Shown here one piece after another: positions 1 to 11,573 of a DNA stretch of 64,000 nt. Position 1 is the stretch's first letter. Each line of letters opens with the position of its first letter. The position numbers and the translations under genes were made by a program. This DNA comes from Bacteriovoracia bacterium (GTDB lineage Bacteria; Bdellovibrionota; UBA1018; JBFWNL01), in assembly GCA_050251055.1 (NCBI GenBank), contig JBFWNL010000004.1, positions 64,001-128,000 on the forward strand. Reading direction: 5' to 3'. Below the pieces are notes generated by a model that made no database searches, was not told the DNA's origin, and saw nothing but the letters and a program-made list of their open reading frames with translations.

Positions 1-717
1 CCCTCCTTCACCACTGAGCCTAGTCCAATTGCTCAAGTCGACGCTGTCCGTGTAACCGACCTTGCCTTCCTGCACCGCCGAGGATCCCGGAAACGGGAAG
101 CTGAACGACTGGTTCGTGCGCGGTAGTACAGGAAAGATCAAGATACTGATGAAAAATACGAGCACCGCGATAAACACCCCGTGACTCAAAAAACCAGGCG
201 GGGAAGGGCGATCAAGCATCGGGGGAGCCCACTCGCCCAGCTCGCGCTCCAGAAAGTTGCACGTAATCATCAAGGAGCCGAGGACGACATAGACGAAGAG
301 AATCGCCCCGAGGTACAAATCCGGGGTCAGCGAAGTCGCCAGCACGAGTTCGATAAAGCCTATCCCCAACCGCCAGTTCTTGTTGCGCGGCGTATTCGAG
401 AGAAACCAAAGCATCGCGTGAATCACGGGGGCCACATATGCGGCCAGCAAGATCGGGTGCAGGTGCGCGCGGGTTCCCAGGCCGACGGTGACGAGCAAGA
501 TGACTGGGAGGAAAAATAACCACCACCGATCGTTCAAGCGACGAGATGAAAGCCCTGGCCAGCGCGCCGCCGAGCGTAGCCACGCCCACCGCGCGAACGC
601 CACGCCCGCCAAGCCGAAGAACAACCAAGGCGAAATTTCGTCGGTACCCGCGAGCGCGTGCAGCGCCAACGCGTCCAAGCCACGGGTAAGCCAAAGGGAG
701 ATTTGACCGATCGTCAT
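1..717 (-). CDS. DUF3488/transglutaminase (TgpA-like) membrane protein, N-terminal part; runs off the window
   Basis: Not in the ORF track. Manual translation from ATG 717 gives MTIGQISLWLTRGLDALALHALAG...FISILIFPVLPR...VGYTDSVDL, a multi-TM protein. ATGA overlap with the DUF58 stop; canonical moxR-DUF58-DUF3488 order. Confidence 0.8.
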   Translation of the reverse strand, partial: MTIGQISLWLTRGLDALALHALAGTDEISPWLFFGLAGVAFARWAWLRSAARWPGLSSRRLNDRWWLFFLPVILLVTVGLGTRAHLHPILLAAYVAPVIHAMLWFLSNTPRNKNWRLGIGFIELVLATSLTPDLYLGAILFVYVVLGSLMITCNFLERELGEWAPPMLDRPSPPGFLSHGVFIAVLVFFISILIFPVLPRTNQSFSFPFPGSSAVQEGKVGYTDSVDLSNWTRLSGEGG

Positions 718-1634
718 CGCGGCTTGTCCCCCCGCAAAGTCGCCAGCAGATTCAAGACCCGCGCGCCCCCTTCGTAACGGCGCTTCCCCTGCGCGTCGAC
801 CAGGATCAGGCTGCCTTGGTGGAATTCGTTGGTCCGCTTGCGCGAGCCGTCCGCGTAAAAGCAGCTCGCCGCCGCGGAAATGCGCCGCTCGAACTCGGCG
901 CCTTCGGGCAGCCGAGCGTCGAGTAAAAGCTCCACCGACTCGGCCCGGGCCCGCCGCACCCGCACCAGCGGCTCGCCGCGCATTTCGCTCAGACTCCAAA
1001 TCACGTACCGATAGTCATCTCCCGGCTGGATGGCGCGCACTTCCCCTTCGGAGAAATCACCGCCGACCGCGCGGCGCGAGACCGCCCGTTCGCCCCCGCC
1101 CGCGGAGGGCGTGGCGCTAGCGAGTGTTTCGCGCGTCCGCTCTGGCCACACCAGCCGCGTCCCCGGCGAGGCGAACCATCGTATTTTTTTGGCAAACCCG
1201 AACGGATACCGGGTGGCGCAAGCATGGCCTTCCCAGCTGACCTCGCCTCGGCGAGCGTAGGCGTAGGCGGAAATATGCTCCACACTGCCCCGCGGAGGGA
1301 GAAAGGGAACGAAGAGATGCGGAATGAACTCGCCCCCGCGCACTTCGCCGACTTCCAGGCAAAATATCGGAAGCGAGCGGCGGTTATGGATCTTGATCCG
1401 ATCGCGGCAGGGTTCGCCGGCGATGGTCGGGGTGCGGCGCCACTCGATGTCAACGGCGGAAATCGCGCGCTCGGACAGGATGCCCGAGAGAATCAGCCCC
1501 CCTAGCAGAAAGCTTTCCAAAAGATAAAGAATATTGTTCGACGTTACGATTGCCACCACTCCCATGGCGATGGTCAGGGCAAGATACCAGTGACCGGAGG
1601 TGGAAACTTTCAATTTTCGGCGGGAAGGCTTCAC
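714..1634 (-). CDS. DUF58 family protein
   Basis: TSNNILYLL, RYPFGFAKK and VRAIQPGDDYRYVIW motifs. Start re-called to the GTG overlapping the moxR stop. Confidence 0.85.
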   Translation of the reverse strand: MKPSRRKLKVSTSGHWYLALTIAMGVVAIVTSNNILYLLESFLLGGLILSGILSERAISAVDIEWRRTPTIAGEPCRDRIKIHNRRSLPIFCLEVGEVRGGEFIPHLFVPFLPPRGSVEHISAYAYARRGEVSWEGHACATRYPFGFAKKIRWFASPGTRLVWPERTRETLASATPSAGGGERAVSRRAVGGDFSEGEVRAIQPGDDYRYVIWSLSEMRGEPLVRVRRARAESVELLLDARLPEGAEFERRISAAASCFYADGSRKRTNEFHQGSLILVDAQGKRRYEGGARVLNLLATLRGDKPR

Positions 1635-2617
1635 TTGGGTACCGGCGTCTCGCGCAGGATCTCCAGGATGATATTGCGCTTCGGCGCCATTTCCCAAATG
1701 CCTTCCAGGCGCAAGCGATGCGCGAGCACCGGCACGGCCAAATCCTGCACGTCTTTCGGCGTGACGAAATCGCGACCCCGCAGATAGGCGATCGCCCGCA
1801 CCGCGGACAAGAACTGCAGACCTGCCCGAACGGAAACCCCGCCGGAGATATCGGGGCGCACCCGGGTTTTCTTCACCAACTCGAATGCGTAGGTAAGCAA
1901 GCTGTTTTCCAGGAAAGTTTTCTGCGCGGCCTCGCGCAGGGAGTTCAGCTCGGCGACGGTGAACATCGGTCGGGACTTCGCGGCGCCCCCTTCGACCAAC
2001 TCGAGCTTCGTCTCCCGGCGTTCGCCCTGCCGAGTGGATTGATAAAGCCGAAGCTCGTCTTGCTCCGCCGGCAGGTCCATGGTCACTTCGAGCATGAAGC
2101 GATCGAGCTGGCTCTCCGCCAGCGGGTACACGCCGTGGGACTCCAGCGGGTTTTGGGTGGCAATCACGAAAAAGGGATGCGGCAGCGCGTGCGTCCGTCC
2201 GTCGACGGTCACACATCCTTCGGCCATCGCCTCGAGCAGCGCGGCTTGGGTCTTCGGGCTGGTGCGGTTGAGTTCGTCGGCCAGCACGATATTGGCGAAA
2301 ATGGGGCCTTGGCGAAACTCGAACTCGCGCCCACCCAACGCGGGGCGAATGACGCCGACGATCTCCCCGGGTAGCAGGTCGCTCGTCATTTGTACTCGCG
2401 AGAAGGTTCCATCAAAGAGCAGGGCGAGTTCACGCGCGAGCGTGGTTTTGCCCACGCCGGGTGGGCCCTCGAGCAGCAGGTGGCCCCCCGCCAGCAGGGT
2501 CGTCAACGCCAGCTCGGTCGCGGCTTCCTGGCCCCAAACTCGGGCACGTAGGCGCTCGAGGGCGGAATTCAATACCAGCTGGGAATCGTCCTTTTTCGGC
2601 GCTACGGAAGAGCTCAC
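1631..2617 (-). CDS. moxR: MoxR family AAA+ ATPase
   Basis: GHLLLEGPPGVGKT, LADELNRTSPKTQAALLEAM, ATQNP and PLAESQLDRF motifs; SD GAGGAG. Confidence 0.95.
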   Translation of the reverse strand: MSSSVAPKKDDSQLVLNSALERLRARVWGQEAATELALTTLLAGGHLLLEGPPGVGKTTLARELALLFDGTFSRVQMTSDLLPGEIVGVIRPALGGREFEFRQGPIFANIVLADELNRTSPKTQAALLEAMAEGCVTVDGRTHALPHPFFVIATQNPLESHGVYPLAESQLDRFMLEVTMDLPAEQDELRLYQSTRQGERRETKLELVEGGAAKSRPMFTVAELNSLREAAQKTFLENSLLTYAFELVKKTRVRPDISGGVSVRAGLQFLSAVRAIAYLRGRDFVTPKDVQDLAVPVLAHRLRLEGIWEMAPKRNIILEILRETPVPK

Positions 2618-2777
2618 GGCAAATCTCCTCTATGGAACCGTATCGGCAGAAACTTCCAGTTTCTTTAACTTCCTGTAATTATTATATATTTATTAGCTTG
2701 TTGCTTTGCATTATATCCGTTAAACAATGCGTTAAATTGAGTACAGGAAGACTCGGGTAAGAGAGGAAACTTTCAGA

Positions 2778-4991
2778 ATGTCGCAACGTGCTCGTCGGGT
2801 GAGTTGGGGAGTCATTATATCCATGAGTTTATTGGGGGGTCTGGCGATCTCCGGGGGAACGGCGCTGGCCGGCCCTGAAGGCGCCGTGCAGGCGGTGGAG
2901 AAGACTCTCCGTCAGCTCCTCGAAAGCCAGGTAGTAAAAAGAGCCTTGCAGGAATCCGATCTCGGCAAACGCATCATCAACCGCGTGCGCCCGATTCGGG
3001 ATACGAGCCGCATCAGCGACGTCATGTACGCTTCCTTCGTGGACCGCATCACGAGCTCGGGACTAACCGACGACGTGATTCGCCTACGCGAAGAGCTGAC
3101 GATTGCCCTGCGCAAGGGCCTTCGTAGCGAAGGCGTCACCTCGGAGCTTCTCCTTAACGAACTTCGCGGCAATGCCTCAATCGCCGAAATCGTGGCCAAG
3201 CAAGGGCCTCGGATCGACGTTAGCGCAATGGGACCCGTGAGTAAGACCGGCAAAACCGCGCGCTGGCAAGACGCCGTAGCCAAGGGCCGCCGAGCCGAAC
3301 CCGTGGGAGTAACGGCCGAGGCCGAATTAGCCGCGGGCCCCGCGGGATTCACCTTCGACGCGACGGCCGAACTACGGCAAAGCATCACCGCCATGGCCGC
3401 GGAAGCCACGAGCGACGTTCCAGCCGACCTCAATCAGCTGCGCATGAAATTCTTCGCCCGCAGCGCGCATACGATGCGCGCCTATTGGAACGTTGGGCAC
3501 TATGCGAACGAGATGCTCGCCGCGCTTGCGAAAGCTAAGGAAATCACCGCCGAACAGTTGCTTTTCCTGCGGCAGCTCATGCGGGAAATCAAGGTACTCA
3601 ATCCGGTCGCGCGGAACCGCCTCCTATTTCAGGCCTTCGCGAATGAAATAGACTCTTCCTCCGACACCTTCCGCTACGCGCTGTTGAATCGCGCTACGGA
3701 AAAAGAAATGATCCGCTTCGCGGAAGGCAAGCTGGGCATCGACGAAATCGTGGGTATCCGCAAGCAGGTCGCGCAATCATCGGTGGATGACATTGAAAAA
3801 GTTATCGCCGGTGAAAAGGATGTGAGTGAACTGGGAGGCGCGGCCGCCGTGGGCGCCGAAGACGCGGGCCGAGACATCGGCCAGATCACCAAAGACCTCT
3901 TGGGCCGTATCCGTAACGGCCTGAATGACGAGCCGGCAGGCGCCGGATTGGGTTTTAATGACGTCGTTTGGACGGCCGAGAAGCGCATGCTGGAAATCCT
4001 CCGGGATTGTCGGAAGTTCGCCACCGGAGGACAAATTAAAGTCTTCCACGACCGCATCAACGACTTGAAGCAGCAGCTGGCGGATGTGGACGACGCCATC
4101 CGTGGCCTGAACGCGGAAGTGGACTCGCTCCAAAGTCAGCTCAAGATGGCGCAGGACGCCTTCAATAAAGGGCTGCCGCACCCATCTTATAGTATTGCAG
4201 AACTCGAAGCGAAGATCACCGCCATCGTCGAGAGCCCGAAGTACAAGTTCGATCTGCGCGAATTTACCCAGCGCCGTGGCAGCATCAAACGCATGATGTC
4301 GGACGAGGCCAACACCATGGTTCGCGCCTACCTGCGCTATATCGAAAATTACGAGAGTTTGAACTTCTTCGTGAATATCGACCAGGGACTCATCGGAAGC
4401 TATCGGGTCCTTGCGATTGACATGGCGAACATCTTCAAGCTGCCAATGGAAGAAGCCGCCACGCTCAAGAAGATATTCGAAGACGTCTACGGACCGGTGG
4501 TTAATGATTTAGTCCGCCACGAGCTGGGCTTGCTGAAAGATCACCTCCAAGGCGGCACGCGTCGCTTCGTGCGGGAGCTAAACAAACTCACGCAAACTCA
4601 CCTCGACAAGAAGTTCACCGATACCCTCTTAGGCCAGGAGTTCGTGGGCTTCCAGAGCCACCTCTACGTCACGATCGGGAAGCGCTTGGTAGCCGCCGGG
4701 ATCCCGACCACGATTGTCGCCACGGCCGGCACGCTGGCGTACAAGAAGCTGATGCACGCCATGGGGTGGACCGATGAGGACATGCCGGATGGCGGCATTA
4801 ATGAAGATACCGTGAAGCCCGATCAGAAACCGGAAACGTCTGGGGATGAGCCTACGAGTGAGACAGAGCAGCAGCCGGACGGCCAAACCAAGGACAAGGA
4901 AGATACACGCGTCGTTCTACCCACAGCGTCGAAGGAAGACGCACCAGATCCCCTAGACGACGACAGCCGTGATGGCGAAACCTTCCCCTAG
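2778..4991 (+). CDS. Hypothetical secreted/membrane helical protein (737 aa)
   Basis: Long ORF with SD GAGG, signal peptide, coiled coil, C-terminal hydrophobic segment and acidic tail. Confidence 0.8.
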   Translation: MSQRARRVSWGVIISMSLLGGLAISGGTALAGPEGAVQAVEKTLRQLLESQVVKRALQESDLGKRIINRVRPIRDTSRISDVMYASFVDRITSSGLTDDVIRLREELTIALRKGLRSEGVTSELLLNELRGNASIAEIVAKQGPRIDVSAMGPVSKTGKTARWQDAVAKGRRAEPVGVTAEAELAAGPAGFTFDATAELRQSITAMAAEATSDVPADLNQLRMKFFARSAHTMRAYWNVGHYANEMLAALAKAKEITAEQLLFLRQLMREIKVLNPVARNRLLFQAFANEIDSSSDTFRYALLNRATEKEMIRFAEGKLGIDEIVGIRKQVAQSSVDDIEKVIAGEKDVSELGGAAAVGAEDAGRDIGQITKDLLGRIRNGLNDEPAGAGLGFNDVVWTAEKRMLEILRDCRKFATGGQIKVFHDRINDLKQQLADVDDAIRGLNAEVDSLQSQLKMAQDAFNKGLPHPSYSIAELEAKITAIVESPKYKFDLREFTQRRGSIKRMMSDEANTMVRAYLRYIENYESLNFFVNIDQGLIGSYRVLAIDMANIFKLPMEEAATLKKIFEDVYGPVVNDLVRHELGLLKDHLQGGTRRFVRELNKLTQTHLDKKFTDTLLGQEFVGFQSHLYVTIGKRLVAAGIPTTIVATAGTLAYKKLMHAMGWTDEDMPDGGINEDTVKPDQKPETSGDEPTSETEQQPDGQTKDKEDTRVVLPTASKEDAPDPLDDDSRDGETFP

Positions 4992-5046
4992 GGGCGGGCA
5001 GGAGAACCCACTGGCGCAATCCGCGGGGCCTTGCTAGAAATCGGAC

Positions 5047-7080
<2,034 letters not shown>

Positions 7081-7187
7081 TCGTTCGACAGCTTTAAGGC
7101 GGCGGAACCATAGGGTTCGTGACTCAGAATCACGATATCTATTTGAAATAAAAAGGGTTTGAAGTTTACCTAGGAATGTGTCGCCGC

Positions 7188-7203
7188 TGGCACACTCTCT
7201 GCT
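7188..7203 (+). promoter_or_regulatory. sigma54 (-24/-12) promoter
   Basis: TGGCACACTCTCTGCT has GG-N10-GC spacing, about 60 bp upstream of the 7261 ORF, with an AT-rich tract upstream. Confidence 0.7.
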
Positions 7204-7260
7204 TTATCTCCCATCGAATAATCGTGGTTCCTGCTGAGTGAACCATCTGTGGAGTGAAGT

Positions 7261-7917
7261 ATGAAAATGAATCTTCTGAAAAAAGCGTCCTTTTGTTTGA
7301 TCGCCGCCGGCATGGCCGCGAATCTCGTGAGCTGCGGAAGCTCGGGCACCCCGGCCACTCCGCTCATTGCTCCGCAAAACCCATTTAACCCTTATAACGC
7401 GCCCGGAAGCTGGGGTTATCAAAACTGCCAACAGTTTTCCGGATATCGTGAATGCCGCATCAACGTGTTCTACAACACGTATCTGTCTTCGAACGGCGGC
7501 ACGAACATGAAACTCAACCCGAACGTCCCCACCGGCGGCTTGAACGTCGGTGCCCCCTTGAAAGCCGGCGATAAAGTCGTCGTGAACGCCCAAGGCGGCT
7601 GGGAAGAAATCGAAGCCAGCAGCGGATTTTACTGGCACTGGGGAGCTTGCGACGAAATCGACGTGAACGGCTTCGACGGCGGCACCCTAACCACGTATCA
7701 AGGACAACCGCGCGGCCTGATGATCTCCAACGGAACCACCGCTCAGTTCGTAGGCGGGAGCAATCAAGTTCAGATCGCTTCCGACGGCCAGCTGCGCGTC
7801 GGCTTGAACATGAACGGTCCGAGCTCAGGCGACTTTCTCTGTGCGGGCGTCGGCTTCACCGAGCTGTACATTCGCCACTGCGAAGACGGCTCGAACAACA
7901 CCGTCGTGTGCCCTTAG
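7261..7917 (+). CDS. Lipoprotein with possible LecA/PA-IL-like beta-sandwich domain
   Basis: Lipobox LVSC; LKAGDKVVVNAQGGW...DGQLRVGLN pattern. The domain call is inference. Confidence 0.7.
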   Translation: MKMNLLKKASFCLIAAGMAANLVSCGSSGTPATPLIAPQNPFNPYNAPGSWGYQNCQQFSGYRECRINVFYNTYLSSNGGTNMKLNPNVPTGGLNVGAPLKAGDKVVVNAQGGWEEIEASSGFYWHWGACDEIDVNGFDGGTLTTYQGQPRGLMISNGTTAQFVGGSNQVQIASDGQLRVGLNMNGPSSGDFLCAGVGFTELYIRHCEDGSNNTVVCP

Positions 7918-7966
7918 TCGGTCGCGAGACCCAGAAAAGTTTTTTTTAAAAAAATGTAATCTGGTC

Positions 7967-7994
7967 TTGATTCTTCGCGTAAGCACGGTAACAT
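7967..7994 (+). promoter_or_regulatory. sigma70-like promoter of the Lys-rich small gene
   Basis: TTGATT-N16-TAACAT, preceded by an A/T tract resembling an UP element. Confidence 0.55.
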
Positions 7995-8055
7995 CATCTT
8001 AACAATACGGAGCGAGATTCAGTTTCTCGTTCTTAATGATGATGGAGGAATAACC

Positions 8056-8121
8056 ATGGCAAAGCGTAAGAAAGCCGCTAAGAAGAAGGCTAAAAAAGTC
8101 GCTAAGAAAAAGAAGAAGTAG
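8056..8121 (+). CDS. 21-aa Lys/Ala-rich basic peptide MAKRKKAAKKKAKKVAKKKKK
   Basis: GGAGG SD 7 nt before the ATG; own promoter and terminator; below the ORF-track length cutoff. Confidence 0.8.
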   Translation: MAKRKKAAKKKAKKVAKKKKK

Positions 8122-8148
8122 TTATTCTTCGTTAGTAAGTTTTGAGCG

Positions 8149-8183
8149 AAAGCCTCGAGGAGACTCGGGGCTTTTTGCTTTTT
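8149..8183 (+). terminator. Rho-independent terminator
   Basis: AAAGCCTCGAG-GAGA-CTCGGGGCTTT followed by a T-rich tail. Confidence 0.85.
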
Positions 8184-8215
8184 AGGCCTTTATTTCCCCT
8201 GTTTTTCGCAAGATC

Positions 8216-9226
8216 TTAAAATCCGGCGGCGGCGATCGCGCGGGCAATCCGCCGTGGCCACCGCGGTCCACCGAACACCCACCCGCTGTAGACCTGAATT
8301 AAGTCCGCGCCCGACTGCAAACGTTCGATGGCGTCGGCCTCCGACAAAATCCCGCCGACCGAGATAATGGGTAACGAGGTCAGTTTCCGCGCCTCGATGA
8401 GGCGGTTTTTTGAAATTTTTTGTAACGGTGCGCCACTCCAACCGCCGTCGAGCGGACCTCCTTCGCGTTCCCACCGGCCGGGCAAAGTATTCGTCAACAC
8501 CCAGCCCTCGGCACCCCATCCGGGCGCTTGCGCGAGGATCGCCGCTAGCTCGTCCGAGGGCAAATCGGGGGACAGCTTCAACAGCAGAGGCACGCGTCGA
8601 GATTGCCGGGCCACCACTTCGGCGACTCCGGCGACGATGGGCCTTAAGGAAGCCTCCGTCTGGAGGGAACGCAAACCCGGCGTATTCGGCGAACTCACGT
8701 TCACCACCAAGTAATCCGCGAGACCCACGAGCGCTTGGGCAACGGCCACGTAATCACGCGCGGCCTCTTCCAAGGGCGTATCCTTGTTTTTTCCCATATT
8801 CACGCCCACCCGAAACCCATCGGGCAGCCGATCTCGATGACGCTCGAGGTTCCGGCGCGCTTCGTCCATCCCTCCGCTATTGAAGCCCATGCGGTTGAAC
8901 ACGCTGCGAGTCTCGGCCTCGCGGAAGAGACGGGGCTTGGGATTTCCCGGCTGCGGGCGAGGCGTGACCGTGCCGATTTCGGCGAAACCGAAACCAAAGG
9001 CCGGGAGTGCGTGGATTACCTCGGCGTCTTTATCAAAACCGGCTGCCAAACCGACGCGTGAAAGCAGATCCATCCCCAGTGCCTGCGGCCGAGAGCCTCC
9101 CCCTACCGGAACGCACGCCCGCACCGTCGGCAGCCCGGCGGCTGCCTTCATCCACGCCACGGACAGGCGATGCACCTTTTCCGCATCGAACTGAAACAGA
9201 ACCCGGCTGATCAGCGGCCACATCAC
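8216..9226 (-). CDS. pyrD: Dihydroorotate dehydrogenase (quinone, class 2)
   Basis: GLAAGFDK, EIGTVTPRPQPGNPKPRLFR, NRMGFN and NVSSPNTPGLR motifs. Confidence 0.97.
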   Translation of the reverse strand: MMWPLISRVLFQFDAEKVHRLSVAWMKAAAGLPTVRACVPVGGGSRPQALGMDLLSRVGLAAGFDKDAEVIHALPAFGFGFAEIGTVTPRPQPGNPKPRLFREAETRSVFNRMGFNSGGMDEARRNLERHRDRLPDGFRVGVNMGKNKDTPLEEAARDYVAVAQALVGLADYLVVNVSSPNTPGLRSLQTEASLRPIVAGVAEVVARQSRRVPLLLKLSPDLPSDELAAILAQAPGWGAEGWVLTNTLPGRWEREGGPLDGGWSGAPLQKISKNRLIEARKLTSLPIISVGGILSEADAIERLQSGADLIQVYSGWVFGGPRWPRRIARAIAAAGF

Positions 9227-10308
9227 GCTTCGCCGTCCCGAAGCGAAAGGAAGATCCGTTTAAAGCTCTCGTACCGGGCTAAACCGGTGGCCTGGCAATC
9301 CGCGCGGGTAATGTGATCGCACCCCGCGCGCGTGCACGGCAAATCACGAAACTCTGGAAAGTACTGGGCTGCGTGCTCATGGCTGATCCCCACGAGGCCA
9401 AACTCCCGCACTCCTGGGGTATCTACCCAATGTGCGCCCCCCGGACCTTGAAAAAGCACGGCACCCTTGGTCGTGTGGGTCCCTTTTTTGTTCCCTTCGC
9501 TGACCTTGGCGACCTGGCCGACATTCCGCCCCAGCAAAACACGCAAAAGCGAAGTTTTGCCCACGCCAGAGTGGCCGCAAAACGCCACCCGACGCCCATG
9601 CAAATGCGCCGCTAGGGCATCGAGCCCCACATTTTGCTTCGCGCTAACTTCGAAAACCGATATCCCAAGCGAGCGGTACACCGACCACGGCGGGGCGTGC
9701 GTGAGGAAATCCCCCCCCGCGTTCAGATCAATCTTGTTCACAATCAACGCGGCGGGAATGCCGGCGACTTGAGCCGCGATGAGGTACCGATCCACGATGC
9801 CTAAATTGAAAGCGGGTTTTTCCACCGACGAGACGATCACCAAGAGCTCGATGTTGGCCACGATCGCATGAATCATCTTCGACTCGTGACCGCCGCGTCC
9901 CGGCGCCGGCCGCATCAGGACGTTGCCGCGCGTGCAAAGGCCTTCGACCACGCCGTCCCGCGATCCCATCACCGTGACCTTCACGCGGTCCCCCACGACG
10001 ACGGGGGAACGCTCGCGATGCTCGTCGGAAGACTGGTATACGGAAGCCCGGCGATACGGACAAAGAAGCTCCGTACCCGTTCCATCCACGAGCACGCGGC
10101 AAAGCTTAGGAAAAACTTCCGTCACCGAAGCGTTGCCTTCGGTGGGGTCGAGTAGGGCCGAACGGGCTTGTAGCGCGTTTTTTTTGGCGCGCGCTTTCTT
10201 GCTAGTGAGGCTGCGTGAACTATGACGAGTGCCGCCTTCGGTGCTCTGGTCATCCAGCCATTCGTCGACGTAATGACTGCCCGATCGCTTCTTTTTGTCG
10301 CCTGGCAT
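9223..10308 (-). CDS. rsgA: Ribosome small subunit-dependent GTPase A
   Basis: Circularly permuted motifs NKID, GHSGVGKTS, GTHTT, DTPG, plus C-terminal Cys/His Zn ligands. Start re-called to MPGDKKKR. Confidence 0.92.
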   Translation of the reverse strand: MPGDKKKRSGSHYVDEWLDDQSTEGGTRHSSRSLTSKKARAKKNALQARSALLDPTEGNASVTEVFPKLCRVLVDGTGTELLCPYRRASVYQSSDEHRERSPVVVGDRVKVTVMGSRDGVVEGLCTRGNVLMRPAPGRGGHESKMIHAIVANIELLVIVSSVEKPAFNLGIVDRYLIAAQVAGIPAALIVNKIDLNAGGDFLTHAPPWSVYRSLGISVFEVSAKQNVGLDALAAHLHGRRVAFCGHSGVGKTSLLRVLLGRNVGQVAKVSEGNKKGTHTTKGAVLFQGPGGAHWVDTPGVREFGLVGISHEHAAQYFPEFRDLPCTRAGCDHITRADCQATGLARYESFKRIFLSLRDGEA

Positions 10309-10393
10309 GCCTCGCCTGAATAACAAATTGTGCTGCAAAGTGCCAAAAAATAAACTCTTGTCATCACGTCTGGTGGCCCGCATCATCGGGAAG

Positions 10394-10870
10394 ATGGTTT
10401 CGGATGGATATCGAAACAAGTTTTTCGCGCTAGTCGGCCTGGCCCTGGTTCTCGGTGCCTCGGGCTGCGGCAACACCCTCAACTGCGCCGTGCTAGGCGA
10501 CAATCTCTCCGGGCGAATCACCTTTGCCAACGGCACCCGCGCCGAGCTCAATGGCTCCATCGTGATCGAGTGGTCAAAAGACAGCTTCGCCACCGTCGGC
10601 GGCCGCGGGTATATCTCGAACAACCACGGGCTTCTGACCTTTCGCTATTCGGTTTGCGTGGACAACGACGTGCCCGTCGCGGTGCGGGCCTATCAAGATG
10701 AGAACGAAGACCGAGTCCAGTCCACAGGGGAGGCTTCCGGACGGTACGACGGGACCGACACCGGCGACGCCGCCTATCTCACGAAAACCGTCCCCGGAGG
10801 TGTTACTGCCGGCCAGACCAGCCGATGGGAAAAGGTCGACGGGGCCGACATTAACCTGGATGTGCCCTAA
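10394..10870 (+). CDS. Hypothetical lipoprotein
   Basis: Signal with ASGC lipobox; RAYQDENED...GEASG motif. Start re-called. Confidence 0.7.
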   Translation: MVSDGYRNKFFALVGLALVLGASGCGNTLNCAVLGDNLSGRITFANGTRAELNGSIVIEWSKDSFATVGGRGYISNNHGLLTFRYSVCVDNDVPVAVRAYQDENEDRVQSTGEASGRYDGTDTGDAAYLTKTVPGGVTAGQTSRWEKVDGADINLDVP

Positions 10871-11455
10871 ATGAGAACCTCCCGCGGCAAGATCGTCGCA
10901 CTATCTCTGCTGGCGGCGTCGCTAGAGGCAATGGTCGCCAACCCTGCGCAAGCGAACGTCGGCGGCCGCGCTTCGTTTGCGATCCTGGGCTGGGGTAGTA
11001 AGTTTTCTCAATCGAACTCCGCGCAAAGCGTAAACGTAAGCACGCTGCTCTCGATGGGTTTGAACGCAACATTTGGCATTCAAGCCCATGCCTTCTTTTT
11101 GGAGTGGTCGCCGCAGTGGCTCATGACCCGTTACGGCAGCGACCCGCGCGACCGCGAAGGCTCCTTTTACGCGCTAACCGCGTTTCAAGCCGGCCTGACA
11201 TTGGGGCCGATTGAGCCTTACGTCGGATTCAGCTCCGGCTCTTATTCCTTCTCCAGCGGGGTAGAGTCGGGCTTTGGCGGCTCCGGCATCGACCTCGGCG
11301 CCAACATCTACCTTGCCCAAGACAAGCTGAACTTGGGGCTGAAGGCCCAGTTCAAACGAATCTTTATCGGCTCCGATTCGGCGGGAGCGATTCCGACGTC
11401 GATCACTACCCGCGCCGACATCTACATTATCGGGTTCTTCGTCGGCCTAAAGTAA
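10871..11455 (+). CDS. Hypothetical outer-membrane beta-barrel protein
   Basis: Signal peptide, amphipathic beta-strand pattern, directly abuts the upstream lipoprotein. Confidence 0.7.
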   Translation: MRTSRGKIVALSLLAASLEAMVANPAQANVGGRASFAILGWGSKFSQSNSAQSVNVSTLLSMGLNATFGIQAHAFFLEWSPQWLMTRYGSDPRDREGSFYALTAFQAGLTLGPIEPYVGFSSGSYSFSSGVESGFGGSGIDLGANIYLAQDKLNLGLKAQFKRIFIGSDSAGAIPTSITTRADIYIIGFFVGLK

Positions 11456-11573
11456 CCCCCCCGAATCCCAAGTTTTCTTATAGTTTCCGGGTCGCTCGAG
11501 ACACAGTTGCCGCCCATCCTTATACTTGGGATAATTGCAGGTAAGTTAACCAATCTCGGCATGTAGGACGTAA

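Noticed and set aside
1635-2216. N-terminal extension of the 500-aa ORF 714..2216
   Set aside because: It overlaps moxR in another frame; the DUF58-like sequence begins only at the GTG at 1634.
10309-10623. Extended rsgA N-terminus in the ORF track
   Set aside because: It overlaps the divergent lipoprotein gene; an SD-like GAGG supports the start at 10308.
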